Shown here in pieces: positions 40,815 to 52,230 of a stretch of 64,000 nt of DNA; position 1 is the stretch's first letter; each line of letters starts with the position of its first letter. The notes beneath the pieces were generated by a model that worked only from the letters and a program-made list of their open reading frames with translations, was not told the origin of the DNA and searched no databases. The stretch spans positions 20,453 through 84,452 of the forward strand of contig CBDBIG010000003.1 of NCBI GenBank assembly GCA_965205845.1, written 5' to 3'. The DNA comes from a bacterium (GTDB taxonomy: Bacteria > SAR324 > JACQKK01). Both the position numbers and the translations under genes were made by a program.

Positions 40815-41490
40815 CCCCCATCTCAAAAAAACACCAAGGCTCTCCTTTCCAACGCTCATCATGGCAGCCCACCTCTACGCCTAAAAACTGTGATGAATCG
40901 GGTTTGCGCCCAGCAGCAAAACCGTTGGATGCCGTTAAACCATGTGTTCTAGCCGGGGCGTTTTTAAGGTAATGTAGAGTTGGGGCTGGTTTTGTTCTCC
41001 TTTTGCCCACCGATGTTCACGTACAGAAAAAACCCATAATCGGATGGATTTCGTGGTTTTTAGAGGTGTTTATACTTTTTGAGGAAGGAGGCCATGCACC
41101 ATGGGGTGCCCACTGCCAAATCACCCTGCCATGGATTATTAAAGGGTTTGAGTGCCCGAGCGTTTTTTCCCAGGGGATACCAACCCGCGGGGCGAGCGGT
41201 AGGCGGGTTTTCTTTGGCAATAGCCATTGACGCCTGCCTTTTTGCTTGCTTATGATGGGGGTCAGTCTTTTTTAGCGATGGTGCAAGCGTGGTGCCGGTT
41301 TGCCTATAGCGTAACTAAAAATGCGTGCAGCCCGTACACTTTGCTCTTGTCTTTGTCATTGCCAATTGTTTTACAGCTAAGTTTTGCTGCCGCGCACCTT
41401 TTTGGCAGGAACCATGCTGCTGCGAGCAAGGCACCCATTTTGTGTAATAAGCCTCCCCATACAATGCCCAATACCGCCATACAAAGGTTT

Positions 41491-42630
41491 GCCATGCACA
41501 AGGCCACAACGCGCCCAGCATTGACGGCTTCCGTGGCCACCAAGTATGCCCAGTTGCTTGCTTTAATGCAGGAGTTGCAAAATGTGGTGGTGGCCTTTTC
41601 GGGTGGCATTGACAGCAGTTTGGTTGCCTACGTAGCCCATCGGGTGTTGGGCAAGTGCACGCTGGCGGTTACCTCGACCTCTGCCAGTTTGCCAAAAAAC
41701 GACCGCCACCTTACCCAAGCACTGGCATTGGAATGGGGCATGCGCCATCGCTTGATTGTTACCGACGAATTGAAAAATCCCCGCTACCTTGCCAACCCTT
41801 CGAACCGCTGCTATTTTTGTAAAACAACCTTGTATCGCGATTTGAGCGAACTGGCCCAAGGGCAACCCTTTACCACTGTGCTCAATGGCGTGAATGCAGA
41901 CGATTTTGCCGACTTTCGCCCAGGGTTGCAAGCTGCCAAAGAGCATCGGGTACGGGCACCGCTGGCAGAGTGCGGTTTTGGTAAAGACGATATCCGCATG
42001 CTGGCTTTTCATCTAGGCTTGCGCAACGCATTCAAACCCCAGTCAGCATGCTTATCAAGCCGTGTGCCTTATGGTGTAGCAATCTCTCGGCCTTTGCTGG
42101 GCCAAATTGAGTCGGCCGAGGCAGGGGTACGTGCCGTAATTGGGCCCCTGGGTTTTTTGCAACTTCGGGTGCGGCATCACGGGCATTTAGGGCGGATTGA
42201 ACTTGAAAATACCGCCTTGCTTCCCGCTTTGCAACACCATGCGTTGCTCGCAAAAGCGGTGCTCGAGGCTGGGTATCGTGTGGCAGGCTTGGATGTAAAT
42301 GGCTTTCGCAGCGGTGCCTTAAACATCGCTTGGCGCGGGGCATTAAAACAGCAAAAACGTGAAAAAATGAACGTCACCAGCACCCCAACCCAGCCCCAGC
42401 TAGCAGATGAAAAGCGCGTGTTCAAAGCCAATCAAGCCTTGAAAAAGCTGGGGTTTGAGGATGCCCGTGCCCATGCCTACGGCTGGGTGGTGGGTTTAAG
42501 CATGCCTCCCAGTCATCCGCATGGGCATGTTGCGCAGTTCACTGCGTTATGTCAACGCAATGCAAAACTCAGTTGTGCCATGCATGCAGCCGGATTTTCT
42601 GCAGTGGCTTTGCAAATAGGCACCCGCTAA
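41491..42630 (+). CDS. LarE-like PP-loop ATP pyrophosphatase (TIGR00268 family) with a C-terminal extension
   Basis: VVAFSGGIDSS PP-loop. NPSNRCYFCK closely resembles LarE. Confidence 0.65.
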   Translation, partial: AMHKATTRPALTASVATKYAQLLALMQELQNVVVAFSGGIDSSLVAYVAHRVLGKCTLAVTSTSASLPKNDRHLTQALALEWGMRHRLIVTDELKNPRYLANPSNRCYFCKTTLYRDLSELAQGQPFTTVLNGVNADDFADFRPGLQAAKEHRVRAPLAECGFGKDDIRMLAFHLGLRNAFKPQSACLSSRVPYGVAISRPLLGQIESAEAGVRAVIGPLGFLQLRVRHHGHLGRIELENTALLPALQHHALLAKAVLEAGYRVAGLDVNGFRSGALNIAWRGALKQQKREKMNVTSTPTQPQLADEKRVFKANQALKKLGFEDARAHAYGWVVGLSMPPSHPHGHVAQFTALCQRNAKLSCAMHAAGFSAVALQIGTR

Positions 42631-43340
42631 TGCGTAACCCAGCCGTTTTACAACCCCCTTTGATAGCCGTTGATGCCTTGCACAAAAGCCACCTGACTCC
42701 CAGTGGCGAGCGGGCGGTGATTTTGTGCGGTTTAAACTTGCGGGTACACGCGGGAGAAAGTGTTGCGATCATGGGGGCTTCGGGGGCTGGGAAAAGTACC
42801 TTGCTTCACTTGCTTGGTGCGCTTGACACGCCTGATTCGGGTAGCATTTGGGTGAATCAGCACGCCGTTGATACCATGGAACCCGAAAAAGCGGCCGCAT
42901 TTCGCAATCAACAAATAGGTTTTGTATTCCAATTTCATCACCTGCTCATGGACTTTAATGTTTTAGAAAATGTCATGATGCCCGCATGGATTCAAAATGG
43001 AAAAACCAGCGCAGTTGCCGCACAAGCCATGGGATTACTGCAAGAGGTGGGCCTAGAGACCCTTGCAAAGCGCCAACCCAATGCGCTTTCTGGTGGGGAA
43101 AGGCAGCGTTTGGCCATTGCACGCTGTCTCATGAATTCTCCCAGCGTGGTTATTGCCGACGAACCCACGGGGAGTTTGGATGAGCGCTCAGCAGCCCAAG
43201 TACAAAACCTGCTGCTTAAACTCAACCAAGAACGTCGAACGACCTTGATTTTAGCCACCCACAGTCAGCGTTTGGCCAAGGCAACAAAGCGTTGTTTGTG
43301 GCTCGAAAGCGGCACACTCAAACCCTACACGGCACGCTAA
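42630..43340 (+). CDS. lolD: lipoprotein-releasing system ATPase
   Basis: ABC ATPase (GASGAGKSTLL, LSGGERQR). Start overlaps the LarE-like stop (taATG). Confidence 0.65.
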   Translation: MRNPAVLQPPLIAVDALHKSHLTPSGERAVILCGLNLRVHAGESVAIMGASGAGKSTLLHLLGALDTPDSGSIWVNQHAVDTMEPEKAAAFRNQQIGFVFQFHHLLMDFNVLENVMMPAWIQNGKTSAVAAQAMGLLQEVGLETLAKRQPNALSGGERQRLAIARCLMNSPSVVIADEPTGSLDERSAAQVQNLLLKLNQERRTTLILATHSQRLAKATKRCLWLESGTLKPYTAR

Positions 43341-43349
43341 GGAAGGTTT

Positions 43350-45947
43350 ATGATCTCCCGCGCAGCGCAGCGATACAGCGTTTTGCTTTGCTGGTTTGGC
43401 TCCATGAGCAAAAGCCACGATTTCCGTGATTTTGGCAGCCAAACGGCTGCACGCTTTTGCATGGGCCTTGCTGTGCTTTATCTACTCCTTTTAAGCGTAG
43501 GAGTTCCACCCGCCCGAGCTCAAACGCCAAAACCCATTAATCCTGCACAAACCAGCCCAGCACCCAAAACAACCTCAAAACCTCTTACAGTACCCAGCAC
43601 GGCCGATCGCCAACTGCCTACCATTCGCGCGATTCGCTTCGAAGGTCTCCAACTGGTAAATCCTGCAGAGATCCGTTTTTTATTGCGCAGTCAAGCAGGG
43701 CGCAAACTAAACCCTGAGTACATTACCCAAGATATTAAAGCGGTCTACGGGTTAAAAGCATTTCAACACGTACAAGTGCTGGTAGAGGAATTAACCCAAA
43801 AAGAGATTAACCTCATTTATGTATTCACCGAACGCCCCCGCATTGGCGCACTGGTTATTGAGGGCGTGCACACCTTAAATCAAGAGAGCATTGATGCTGC
43901 TATTACCATTAAAGAAGGGCAGTTCTTCTCAAAAAACACCCTTGAAAATAACCTTGAAAGTTTGCGCAATGCCTACCGTGTGAAAAGCATTTACGATACC
44001 CGCATTCGCTATCAACTTAGCAGGCATACCAAGAATAGTTTTAAGGTACTCATTCAGGTTACAGAGGCAGAGCCACTCCGCCTAACCCAAATTCGCACCC
44101 ATAACAATCGCGCTTTTACGCAGTTACAGATTTTGCGCTTTTTTGAGTCCTCCGCAATCGACTGCTTTAACTGGGTCAATGACACAGGGATGTACCATGA
44201 AGAGCGGATTAACCACGATCTGCGTATCATTAGTGCCGAATACATTAAACGAGGGTACATTCGCTTGTTTATTGAAAAGCCCGCGGTCAGGTTTATACGA
44301 GGGCGTGCTTTTAGCAAGGTGCTTGTCGATTTACATTTTGTAGAAGGTGCGCAATACTTTGTGCGCAAAATAGAGGTGGTAGGCGAGGTTGAGGGTGATA
44401 GCCGCGCACTCACCGATTTTTTGGGCTTAAAAAGCGGGGATATTTACAATCCCTTGCAGCAAAACCGTGATATCGCTGCCTTAAGAGCATTTTTTCAAGA
44501 CCGTGGTTACGCCTTCGCCCAAGTGCTACCCCAAGTCAACATTGATGACAAAACCAAGCAAGTCGATGTGGTGCTGAACGTGAAACGCGGTGAAAAAACT
44601 TACATTGGTCGCATTTTGTTTCATGGCAATACCAGCACACGCGACTACGTGCTGCGCCGTGAAATGCTAATTTCAGAGGATGGTTTGTATCATGGTACCA
44701 AGCTTCGTCAATCGCAAAATAATTTGCTGCGACTGGGATATTTTAAACCATCGCTGAGCGTTGATAATACCCCTGCATGGCCAAGCAATGTTTTGGATAT
44801 CAATGTGCGAATGGAGGAGAGCCAGACTGGCACGGCGCAAGCGCAAATAGGTTACAACAAAAGCTCGGGAACCATCCTCTCTTTCTCCGTTTCGAAAGGC
44901 AATTTTTTAGGGCGTGGGCAAACCATTCGGACCTCCGTTGAATGGGCCCAACGCGATGTACGTCAACGCGTTTCCTTCGATTTTATCGAACCCCGTTTAT
45001 ACGGCAGTAAATTTTCAAGCAATAGCAGCATCTCGTTTTCGCAAAGTGAAGATAATATCGAACTCGAACGCGGGGATATTGAAGAGGTGTTTTTATCTGA
45101 AGGGATTGGGGTCCCCATTTTTGGACCATTGCGCGCTAATTTTTCGCTCTCGTGGCTTCAACGTACCTATGCAAACGATGACGACGAAAGCATCATTCTT
45201 CCCACAGCCTCAAGTAGCTTGGCATACAACACCGTAAATCACCCCGTATTCCCCTCCTCAGGCATTTCTATCTCTTTTGTTGGGGCGCAAACGGGGGGCA
45301 AAATTCTTGGGGGGTCAACGGAATACCGACGCTATACCTTTAGGGCACGAAAATTTATCAGTTTAAACAAGGCGGGGACTGTGGTGACAATGCTGCGTGC
45401 ACGCCTTGGTTGGCTCGATAGCGTGGGCAATCACCTCATTCCCCCAGAAGAGCGCTACCGTATTGGTGGGTCCAGTTCTTTGCGAGGGTTTGACAGGTTT
45501 GAGGTGGGCGGTGCTTTTGGGCTGCGCCAGTTTAAACTCAATAGCATTGACACCGTTGCCGTGGATGCTTTAGGGCGCCCTATTTTTGCAGGGAATACTT
45601 CGATAGATCGCAGGACGTTGGGTCTGCCACAAACCTCCATAGACCAACTCCGCAGTGGTGGAATTGCGCGACGCATTTTTAATGCAGAACTTTTGTTTCC
45701 GCTCACCGGTTCCACTTTGCGTGGGGTTTTATTTTACGATAGTGGGCAGGTGGTGTCAGAAAGTGAGCAGTACACAATCTTAAAGCAGGAAAAACCCGGA
45801 CCCTTTGACTTGCTGCATGCAGCGGGCTTAGGGATACGCTTTATCACCCCGTTGGGGGTGCTGCGCTTTGAATATGGCGTCAAGCTAAACCCTGAAAAAG
45901 AGGAAGACAAAAGCAGTTTTGATTTTAACGTGAGCTCGCTGTTTTAG
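43350..45947 (+). CDS. bamA: outer membrane protein assembly factor BamA (Omp85 with POTRA repeats)
   Basis: POTRA-like N-terminal domains and a C-terminal beta-barrel. Start may be MSKSHD at 43404. Confidence 0.75.
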   Translation: MISRAAQRYSVLLCWFGSMSKSHDFRDFGSQTAARFCMGLAVLYLLLLSVGVPPARAQTPKPINPAQTSPAPKTTSKPLTVPSTADRQLPTIRAIRFEGLQLVNPAEIRFLLRSQAGRKLNPEYITQDIKAVYGLKAFQHVQVLVEELTQKEINLIYVFTERPRIGALVIEGVHTLNQESIDAAITIKEGQFFSKNTLENNLESLRNAYRVKSIYDTRIRYQLSRHTKNSFKVLIQVTEAEPLRLTQIRTHNNRAFTQLQILRFFESSAIDCFNWVNDTGMYHEERINHDLRIISAEYIKRGYIRLFIEKPAVRFIRGRAFSKVLVDLHFVEGAQYFVRKIEVVGEVEGDSRALTDFLGLKSGDIYNPLQQNRDIAALRAFFQDRGYAFAQVLPQVNIDDKTKQVDVVLNVKRGEKTYIGRILFHGNTSTRDYVLRREMLISEDGLYHGTKLRQSQNNLLRLGYFKPSLSVDNTPAWPSNVLDINVRMEESQTGTAQAQIGYNKSSGTILSFSVSKGNFLGRGQTIRTSVEWAQRDVRQRVSFDFIEPRLYGSKFSSNSSISFSQSEDNIELERGDIEEVFLSEGIGVPIFGPLRANFSLSWLQRTYANDDDESIILPTASSSLAYNTVNHPVFPSSGISISFVGAQTGGKILGGSTEYRRYTFRARKFISLNKAGTVVTMLRARLGWLDSVGNHLIPPEERYRIGGSSSLRGFDRFEVGGAFGLRQFKLNSIDTVAVDALGRPIFAGNTSIDRRTLGLPQTSIDQLRSGGIARRIFNAELLFPLTGSTLRGVLFYDSGQVVSESEQYTILKQEKPGPFDLLHAAGLGIRFITPLGVLRFEYGVKLNPEKEEDKSSFDFNVSSLF

Positions 45948-46073
45948 CCAAATAATCGGAAAAAAAAACACCTCTTGGCTACTCGACCAAGGTGCCCCTT
46001 CCCTTTGCCTATGAGAGGGGACAAAAAACCGAAGCCTACAAGCAAGCACGCCTGGGCGGGTGAGTGTATCTGC

Positions 46074-46220
46074 TAACGCTTTGCCATGGTGGGTTTTGGG
46101 CGAGCCATGTGTTGGGCTTCCTTAACGCTTTGCCATGGGGGGTTTTGGGCGAGCCATGTGTTGGGCTTCCTTAACGCTTTGCCATGGGGGGTTTTGGGCG
46201 AGCCATGCCTGGGCTTCCTT
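46074..46220. repeat. ~49-bp x3 tandem repeat covering the 3' end and stop codon of the cca gene
   Basis: Units 46074-46122, 46123-46171, 46172-46220. Confidence 0.9.
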
Positions 46221-47642
46221 AACTGTCGAAAAACAACCTTCTATTTGTGCATTAAGCGCGTGGCGCACGCAATCTCCCATCTTGGGGCCGGGGGACATGC
46301 CTAGTGCCAAAAAATGCCGCCCAAGCAGCAGGGGCTGTAAGGGTTTTTGCCACACACCCAATTGTTTGGCCAAGGTCTCAAGGCGCAATGCCCCGACAGC
46401 AGGGGTATTAGGGTACTTGCTTTGGTGAATGGCCGCGGATAAAAAAGCCAAATGCTGGCAGCCACGCACCTGGGCCAACTGGCGCACACAGGCAGCAGCT
46501 GCGGCCTCATCTAACTGCTCAAACCCCTGTATGCTCTGCCATTGGGCCAAAAGTTCAAGTATCCATTGCTTGATGTTCACCTGATGGGTCACCCGATTGA
46601 GTAAGGATTCAACATGCACCAATGGTGTTGGCTTTGCCTTTGGAGTGTTGGGGTGGTTGGCTAACATGGGTTCTAGCAGTGCGCTTAAACATAGGGTCAC
46701 CCACGTATCTTCATCGAGCAAGGCAGGGCTGGTGGAGGCAGGGGTTTGGCTAGTTTCACCCTTTTCAAGTCCGCCTTTGCGCAAAATGGCGCACATGGCA
46801 TCGACCGCCTTCAAGGCCTGCCGCCATGCGGGGCATGGTGCCTGCTGGACATACTTTGCGGGGGTGCGAAAGGCTGGTATGCAGGTGGCATGGTTGGTCT
46901 TCGTCGTGTTGGTTTGCAAGCTCCTGCCGGAATACAGTGCTTGAAGTTCAGGAAGGTAGGGCAATACGCCCGCAGTGTGCATGTAGCGCAAGCCTTGAGA
47001 GGGCTGGGGAGATCGCAAAAACAGTTTGCGTATTTCCTCCCAAATACGCTCGCGAGGCAGTTCGCTCAAATCTTGCTGGCGACACATGGCAAGGGTGTTG
47101 GGATCGATTTTGAAATGAAAGCGCCCTGCAAACTGCAGACCCCTTAGTACCCGCAAAGGATCCTCGGAAAATGCGGGACCAACGTGTCGCAACACGCGTC
47201 TGGTTAAGTGTTTTTGTCCCTGGTGAGGGTCAAGCAACGCGCCCTCTAAAAATGCGTAGCCTATGGCATTTATGGTGAAATCCCTGCGTGAAGCCGCGGT
47301 GAAAAAATCCATGTCTGGGTCGCAATCTATCCAAAAGCCCTTGTGTCCCTTGCCCATGTTGCGTTCTTTACGCGGAACGCTAAAGTCGTATTCGTGATGG
47401 TTGCCCATGAACTTAAGCACCCCAAAGCTGCGCCCCACGCTATGCACTCGCCCAAAGGGGGTTAGAGTGTGTTTGAGCGTTTGCAAAGAAAGGTTAAAAA
47501 CCTCCACATCCCAATCTTTATCGACCCTCATGCCCAGCAGTTGATTGCGCACGCTGCCGCCCACCAACACGGGGTTCCCCCCCGCTTGGGCAATGGCCTG
47601 GCCAATTGTCATCAATTCCTTGGGTACGTGCAACTTAGGCAT
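46122..47642 (-). CDS. cca: tRNA nucleotidyltransferase (CCA-adding) / poly(A) polymerase family
   Basis: GGSVRNQLLG...D.D nucleotidyltransferase head. Confidence 0.65.
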   Translation of the reverse strand: MPKLHVPKELMTIGQAIAQAGGNPVLVGGSVRNQLLGMRVDKDWDVEVFNLSLQTLKHTLTPFGRVHSVGRSFGVLKFMGNHHEYDFSVPRKERNMGKGHKGFWIDCDPDMDFFTAASRRDFTINAIGYAFLEGALLDPHQGQKHLTRRVLRHVGPAFSEDPLRVLRGLQFAGRFHFKIDPNTLAMCRQQDLSELPRERIWEEIRKLFLRSPQPSQGLRYMHTAGVLPYLPELQALYSGRSLQTNTTKTNHATCIPAFRTPAKYVQQAPCPAWRQALKAVDAMCAILRKGGLEKGETSQTPASTSPALLDEDTWVTLCLSALLEPMLANHPNTPKAKPTPLVHVESLLNRVTHQVNIKQWILELLAQWQSIQGFEQLDEAAAAACVRQLAQVRGCQHLAFLSAAIHQSKYPNTPAVGALRLETLAKQLGVWQKPLQPLLLGRHFLALGMSPGPKMGDCVRHALNAQIEGCFSTVKEAQAWLAQNPPWQSVKEAQHMARPKPPMAKR

Positions 47643-47892
47643 GGCTTCTTCGCTTGCTTTGCATGGGGTGTGTGTGGGTAAATCGGTAACGTCAATGGGT
47701 ATCGCTAAAGGGCTTTACCGTGTGGGCTTTGCCATCCATTCCAGGTTGAGCAAGGCATTTTACGGGCTCAACGACACCATTTACTTACCAAAAATTTAAG
47801 GGTATCGTCATCCTTAAAAGGGGGTTGTTTTTAACCAGCATATCATGCCCAACACACCTTGTTCAGTTGCCATGCAAGCACGAGAGGTTATG

Positions 47893-48327
47893 TGGATGCG
47901 TTTGGCTATGGAAGAAGCCACCAAAGTACAGGGTAACACGGGGGACAACCCTGCTGTGGGCTGTGTGTTGGTGAGAAAGGGGCAGATTCTTGGTGTGGGC
48001 GGCACCGCCCCAAGCGGCGGTCCCCATGCAGAAGCCGTGGCTATTCAAAGGGCAAGGCAGGCGAAACAGCCATTGATGGGTTGCAGCGTGTATGTAACCT
48101 TGGAGCCTTGTTGCTTTACGGGGCGCACGCCTCCTTGCAGCAACCTACTCATCGCCTTGAGTCCCCAGCGCGTGGTGGTGGGTGTGCTCGATCCACACCC
48201 TAAAGTCAATGGAAAAGGCATCGCAGCCTTAAGATCTGCAGGCATCGAGGTGCATGTTGGCGTGTTGGCAGTGCCGATTTCGCGGCAACTTGCCCCATGG
48301 ATACAGCGCTTTGCGACAGCCACATAA
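47893..48327 (+). CDS. ribD: RibD-type pyrimidine deaminase domain only (no reductase domain)
   Basis: HAEAVAI, TLEPCCFTGRTPPC, DPHPKVNGKGI. Start taken at MWMRLAMEEA; the ORF track starts at 47845. Confidence 0.6.
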   Translation, partial: WMRLAMEEATKVQGNTGDNPAVGCVLVRKGQILGVGGTAPSGGPHAEAVAIQRARQAKQPLMGCSVYVTLEPCCFTGRTPPCSNLLIALSPQRVVVGVLDPHPKVNGKGIAALRSAGIEVHVGVLAVPISRQLAPWIQRFATAT

Positions 48328-48438
48328 AGATCCATTGGGCGGCGGTTTACAGCCCTCAGATATACAGCGCATCATCCGCGGTCAATGTAAATTTCCCCCT
48401 TTGCAAACCTCCTTACGCAAGCCTAGCCCTAAAAAAAT

Positions 48439-49788
48439 TCAACCTTGGCGCAGCAAGCCTGCCACAAAGTGCTTGGCATCAAAAGGGTGTAGGTCTTCAA
48501 TGCCCTCCCCCATGCCCACCCAGCGAATGGGCAATCCAAACTCGTTGACCAAGGCTACCAAGACGCCCCCTTTGGCTGAGCCTTCTAGTTTGGTCGCTAA
48601 AACGCCCGTCAACCCCACCACCTCATGAAAGCGTTTAGCCTGACGCAGCGCATTTTGTCCCGTGTTGGCATCCACGACCAGCAATTTTTCGTGAGGCGCC
48701 CCTGCATGGGCTTTTTGGGCAGCACGGCACACACCTGCCAATTCTTGCATTAAATTGTAGTTGGTGTGTAAACGCCCCGCGGTATCGCAAAGTACCAGTT
48801 GAATACCTTGGGCTTTGGCTTGTTCAATGCCCTGGTAGAGCACCTGGGAAGGAGAGGCTTTGTGCTCCCCTGTATACAATTCGCATCCTACCCGCTGGGC
48901 CCACACACGCAACTGTTCGGTGGCAGCTGCGCGAAAAGAATCGGCAGCTACAAGCATCACGCTAAACCCCGCATGGTGCAGCTGAAAGGCCACTTTACCA
49001 ATAGAGGTGGTTTTACCCACCCCATTCACCCCTAAAAACACCCACACCGAGGGTGAAACAGGGGTACTCAAAGCAACCTCCTTTGTCCCATCCACTCGCT
49101 TTTGCAGCAAAGCAGGGGGGAGGTGCAGGGGCTTAAAAGCTTGCGTAAACACATGATGCAGCGTTTGTCTTAACCCTTCTTCCATGGCTTGGCTCGAGGT
49201 AGAAGCAAGATTGCCTTGCAGAGGTTTGAGGAGTGCCTTGGTGGTTTGGAGACCTACATCTGCCATCAGCAAGGATTCTTCCATGGCTTTCAATGCTTGT
49301 TTGCGGTTTTTCTGCCATAAAGGCAGGGCTTTTAGCAGACCTTGGTGCAAAATACTGCGGGTATGCTGGGTGCTTTGGGTAAAAGCGTTTGCCTGCCATG
49401 TTTGGGTGAGGTGTGTTTCGGGTTTCGAAAACACGGTCCTCGCTGCTTGCAATTTGCCTTCTATCTGCTCCTTTTGGCGGCTAAGTTGGGTGAGTCGAGC
49501 ATCGACCCCGCGGCCTTTTTTGTTCTTGTTTTTGCTTAACGTACTGCGATAACTGCATAGCAAACGCCAGTACTGCCACAAACGCTTTCCAAACCAAGGC
49601 CGTTTGGGGGGCATGGTTTTCGGCGGCGTCTTTTGTGGTTGCTGTGTAGGGGTGAAGGGTGATGGTGGGAGATTGTCCGCAGACATGGTGGCGAATGGCT
49701 TTATAAAAGCTGCAAAATAGCCGAAACCCGAAGGATTTTTGTGAAAAAATGGAACGCCCCCACTGGCCTTGAAAAAAGGCCTTTGCAA
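48439..49788 (-). CDS. ftsY: signal recognition particle receptor
   Basis: GVNGVGKTTSIGK, DTAGR. Confidence 0.8.
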   Translation of the reverse strand: MQRPFFKASGGVPFFHKNPSGFGYFAAFIKPFATMSADNLPPSPFTPTQQPQKTPPKTMPPKRPWFGKRLWQYWRLLCSYRSTLSKNKNKKGRGVDARLTQLSRQKEQIEGKLQAARTVFSKPETHLTQTWQANAFTQSTQHTRSILHQGLLKALPLWQKNRKQALKAMEESLLMADVGLQTTKALLKPLQGNLASTSSQAMEEGLRQTLHHVFTQAFKPLHLPPALLQKRVDGTKEVALSTPVSPSVWVFLGVNGVGKTTSIGKVAFQLHHAGFSVMLVAADSFRAAATEQLRVWAQRVGCELYTGEHKASPSQVLYQGIEQAKAQGIQLVLCDTAGRLHTNYNLMQELAGVCRAAQKAHAGAPHEKLLVVDANTGQNALRQAKRFHEVVGLTGVLATKLEGSAKGGVLVALVNEFGLPIRWVGMGEGIEDLHPFDAKHFVAGLLRQG

Positions 49789-49895
49789 GGCGGCTAACGG
49801 CTTTTAGCGTGCCACACTTGTAGCGGATACACAATCGAGGCACAAATGCACAAATCCACATGTTTTTGCATGGTTACGGTGGGGTGTGCGCTTTT

Positions 49896-50768
49896 TTAAG
49901 GGTTTGCACTTAAAATAATCAAAATATCTTCGCTTAAGCGCAAGCGATCTCTGGGATTCATCGCCTGCACGAGTTGAGCACGAGGAAGCAAGGTAGCCAA
50001 CAGCAAGGCCGCCTTAATTTGCTTATCTTGGCGATAGCGAATCACCCCTCTACGTGGTAGGGGGCGCCAAAAACGCGGCGAAACACTGACAATCTCAATG
50101 GGCTTGCCCAACGCTATCTCAATTTTCTCGCGCTCTTGCTGGGTAATCAGCAGCATGGCTTCTTCACCAGCCAGCGGATTGCTCGGAGGAGGGGCAATGA
50201 TGACCTTGACACGCTGCGGAAGGGGGGCGAGAGGGTGAGGAGCGTTGCCACCGTTTTTCTGTGTGGCTACGGGCAGTACGGCGGCCCCAAGGCCCATGGG
50301 TGGGTCAAGAATCTCTTGCGCACGCTGGATGGCAGCACTTTCTGCTGCGGTTTCAGGAATTCCTGTGGCGGCGCGCATGCGTGCGGCATGATCCGATTCA
50401 AGCAATACGGGGGGAGGAAGATTGCCCCCAAAAATGCGTATATTGCGCTCCGTTTTCGCGTGATTGTCGAGGTCGGCGCCGATTGCTGCACGTCCGCTAT
50501 CAGGGTGAACAAGTTTCTCGGGCAAAGGAAAAACCTCAGGGGTTTCCTCGCGCAATACCGTAAACTGAGGGAGGTTATTGAACTTCATCTCACTAGAGGC
50601 ATCTGGTTGCTGGCTTTGACTGCAACTGCTCAGCAGCATCGCTACGCAAATGCACAGCAGCCCTGGGTAGAGGGCGCGTACTTGGGTGCATCCTTGCGAT
50701 AGCCCTTTAAAATAGTGCTTAACAGACATAAATGTAATGCGTAGAGTGGTCATGATTTTTTGTGTCAC
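49896..50768 (-). CDS. hypothetical lipoprotein
   Basis: Lipobox LLSSC. No confident family. Confidence 0.35.
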   Translation of the reverse strand: MTQKIMTTLRITFMSVKHYFKGLSQGCTQVRALYPGLLCICVAMLLSSCSQSQQPDASSEMKFNNLPQFTVLREETPEVFPLPEKLVHPDSGRAAIGADLDNHAKTERNIRIFGGNLPPPVLLESDHAARMRAATGIPETAAESAAIQRAQEILDPPMGLGAAVLPVATQKNGGNAPHPLAPLPQRVKVIIAPPPSNPLAGEEAMLLITQQEREKIEIALGKPIEIVSVSPRFWRPLPRRGVIRYRQDKQIKAALLLATLLPRAQLVQAMNPRDRLRLSEDILIILSANP

Positions 50769-50950
50769 CTCTCAATAGGGCCATGGCTGTCGCCCTTGGG
50801 CACATTGCCAACCCTAGTTTTTGTGGGACAACCGTTTTTGATAGACCCACCTGCAACAGGCAGTGCATAATACGAGCCATGCACAGCTGCAAAAACGGCC
50901 TTTTTTCTAACAAACAAAAGCCTTCTTTAAATAGGCGATAGACCCAATTT

Positions 50951-52189
50951 ATGGACGTGAAAGACAACGTACTCTACCTGGGGGGTTGTAATGCCCAAGC
51001 ACTGGTTGAGGCCTTTGGTTCGCCCTTGTATGTGTACGAAGAGGCGGTTTTGCGTGAGCAATGCCGTGTTTTGCGCCAAAGTTTTCAAACCTTGCAGCCT
51101 GACTTTCATTATGCCGTAAAAGCCAATAACAACCCACATATTTTGCGCATTTTTAAAGACGAAGGTATGGGGCTTGATGCAGTCTCTTCCTACGAGGCAC
51201 GGCTGGGGTTAGAATTAGGGTTTTTGCCAAAGCACATTGTGTTTACAGGCAATAATTGCACCGAAGAGGATTTTTGCTACTGCCTTAAAAAAGGCATTTT
51301 GGTCAATGTAGGCTCCCTTGGTGAATTGGATACGTTTGGGCGCCTTAACCGCGATGGCGAGGTGTGTTTACGCCTTAATCCTGATGTGGGGGCAGGGCAT
51401 CATCGGCATGTGATTACGGGTGGTCCCGATGCCAAGTTTGGCATCTCTCACGATCAGGTACATATCGTACGCAAACTGCTTAAAACCCACAACTTGCGCC
51501 TGATTGGCGTACATTGTCACATTGGCACGGGCATTTTGCGCGTCGAGGACATGATGGAGGCGATGGAGGTAATGCTCCAAGCTGCTCAAGGGTTTGATTT
51601 TCTTGAGTTTATCGACTTTGGCGGTGGTTTTGGGGTGCCTTATCACCCCGATGAAAAGCCCCTACCCTTAAACGCACTGGCTGAAATGATGGAAGCCCGT
51701 TTTGAGGACTTTTGCAAAGACTATGGGCGCTCACTGCGAATGGTGTTTGAACCTGGCAGGTTGCTTACCGCCCAAGCGGGTGTGTTGCTTGGGCGCGTCA
51801 CCAACATATCCCACACCTCAGCCCATGTATTTGTGGGGATGGATACGGGGTTTAATCACCTGATTCGCCCCGCTTTTTATGGATCCCATCACGAAATTGT
51901 GAATGCCAGTCAAGTACAAGGCGACCCCCAAGAGGTGGTGGTGGTGGGCAATATCTGCGAATCGGGCGATGTGTTCACCCAAAACAAGCAAGGCATTGAG
52001 CACCGCTGGATTACCAAACCCAAAATAGGGCAGGTTTTGGCACTGCTCGATGCTGGGGCATATGGCATGAGCCTTAGCATGCAATACAACATGCGCCCCC
52101 GCCCTGCAGAAGTGTTGGTGCAGGCAGGCGAATCGAAACTCATTCGCAGACGCGAGGTGTATGAGGATTTAATGCGCCAATTTGTCTAG
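50951..52189 (+). CDS. lysA: diaminopimelate decarboxylase
   Basis: YAVKANNNP PLP-lysine motif; fold III decarboxylase. Confidence 0.8.
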   Translation: MDVKDNVLYLGGCNAQALVEAFGSPLYVYEEAVLREQCRVLRQSFQTLQPDFHYAVKANNNPHILRIFKDEGMGLDAVSSYEARLGLELGFLPKHIVFTGNNCTEEDFCYCLKKGILVNVGSLGELDTFGRLNRDGEVCLRLNPDVGAGHHRHVITGGPDAKFGISHDQVHIVRKLLKTHNLRLIGVHCHIGTGILRVEDMMEAMEVMLQAAQGFDFLEFIDFGGGFGVPYHPDEKPLPLNALAEMMEARFEDFCKDYGRSLRMVFEPGRLLTAQAGVLLGRVTNISHTSAHVFVGMDTGFNHLIRPAFYGSHHEIVNASQVQGDPQEVVVVGNICESGDVFTQNKQGIEHRWITKPKIGQVLALLDAGAYGMSLSMQYNMRPRPAEVLVQAGESKLIRRREVYEDLMRQFV

Positions 52190-52230
52190 CATGCGGTGCG
52201 CAACAAACCCTTGGCAATGGCAGTCCAGCC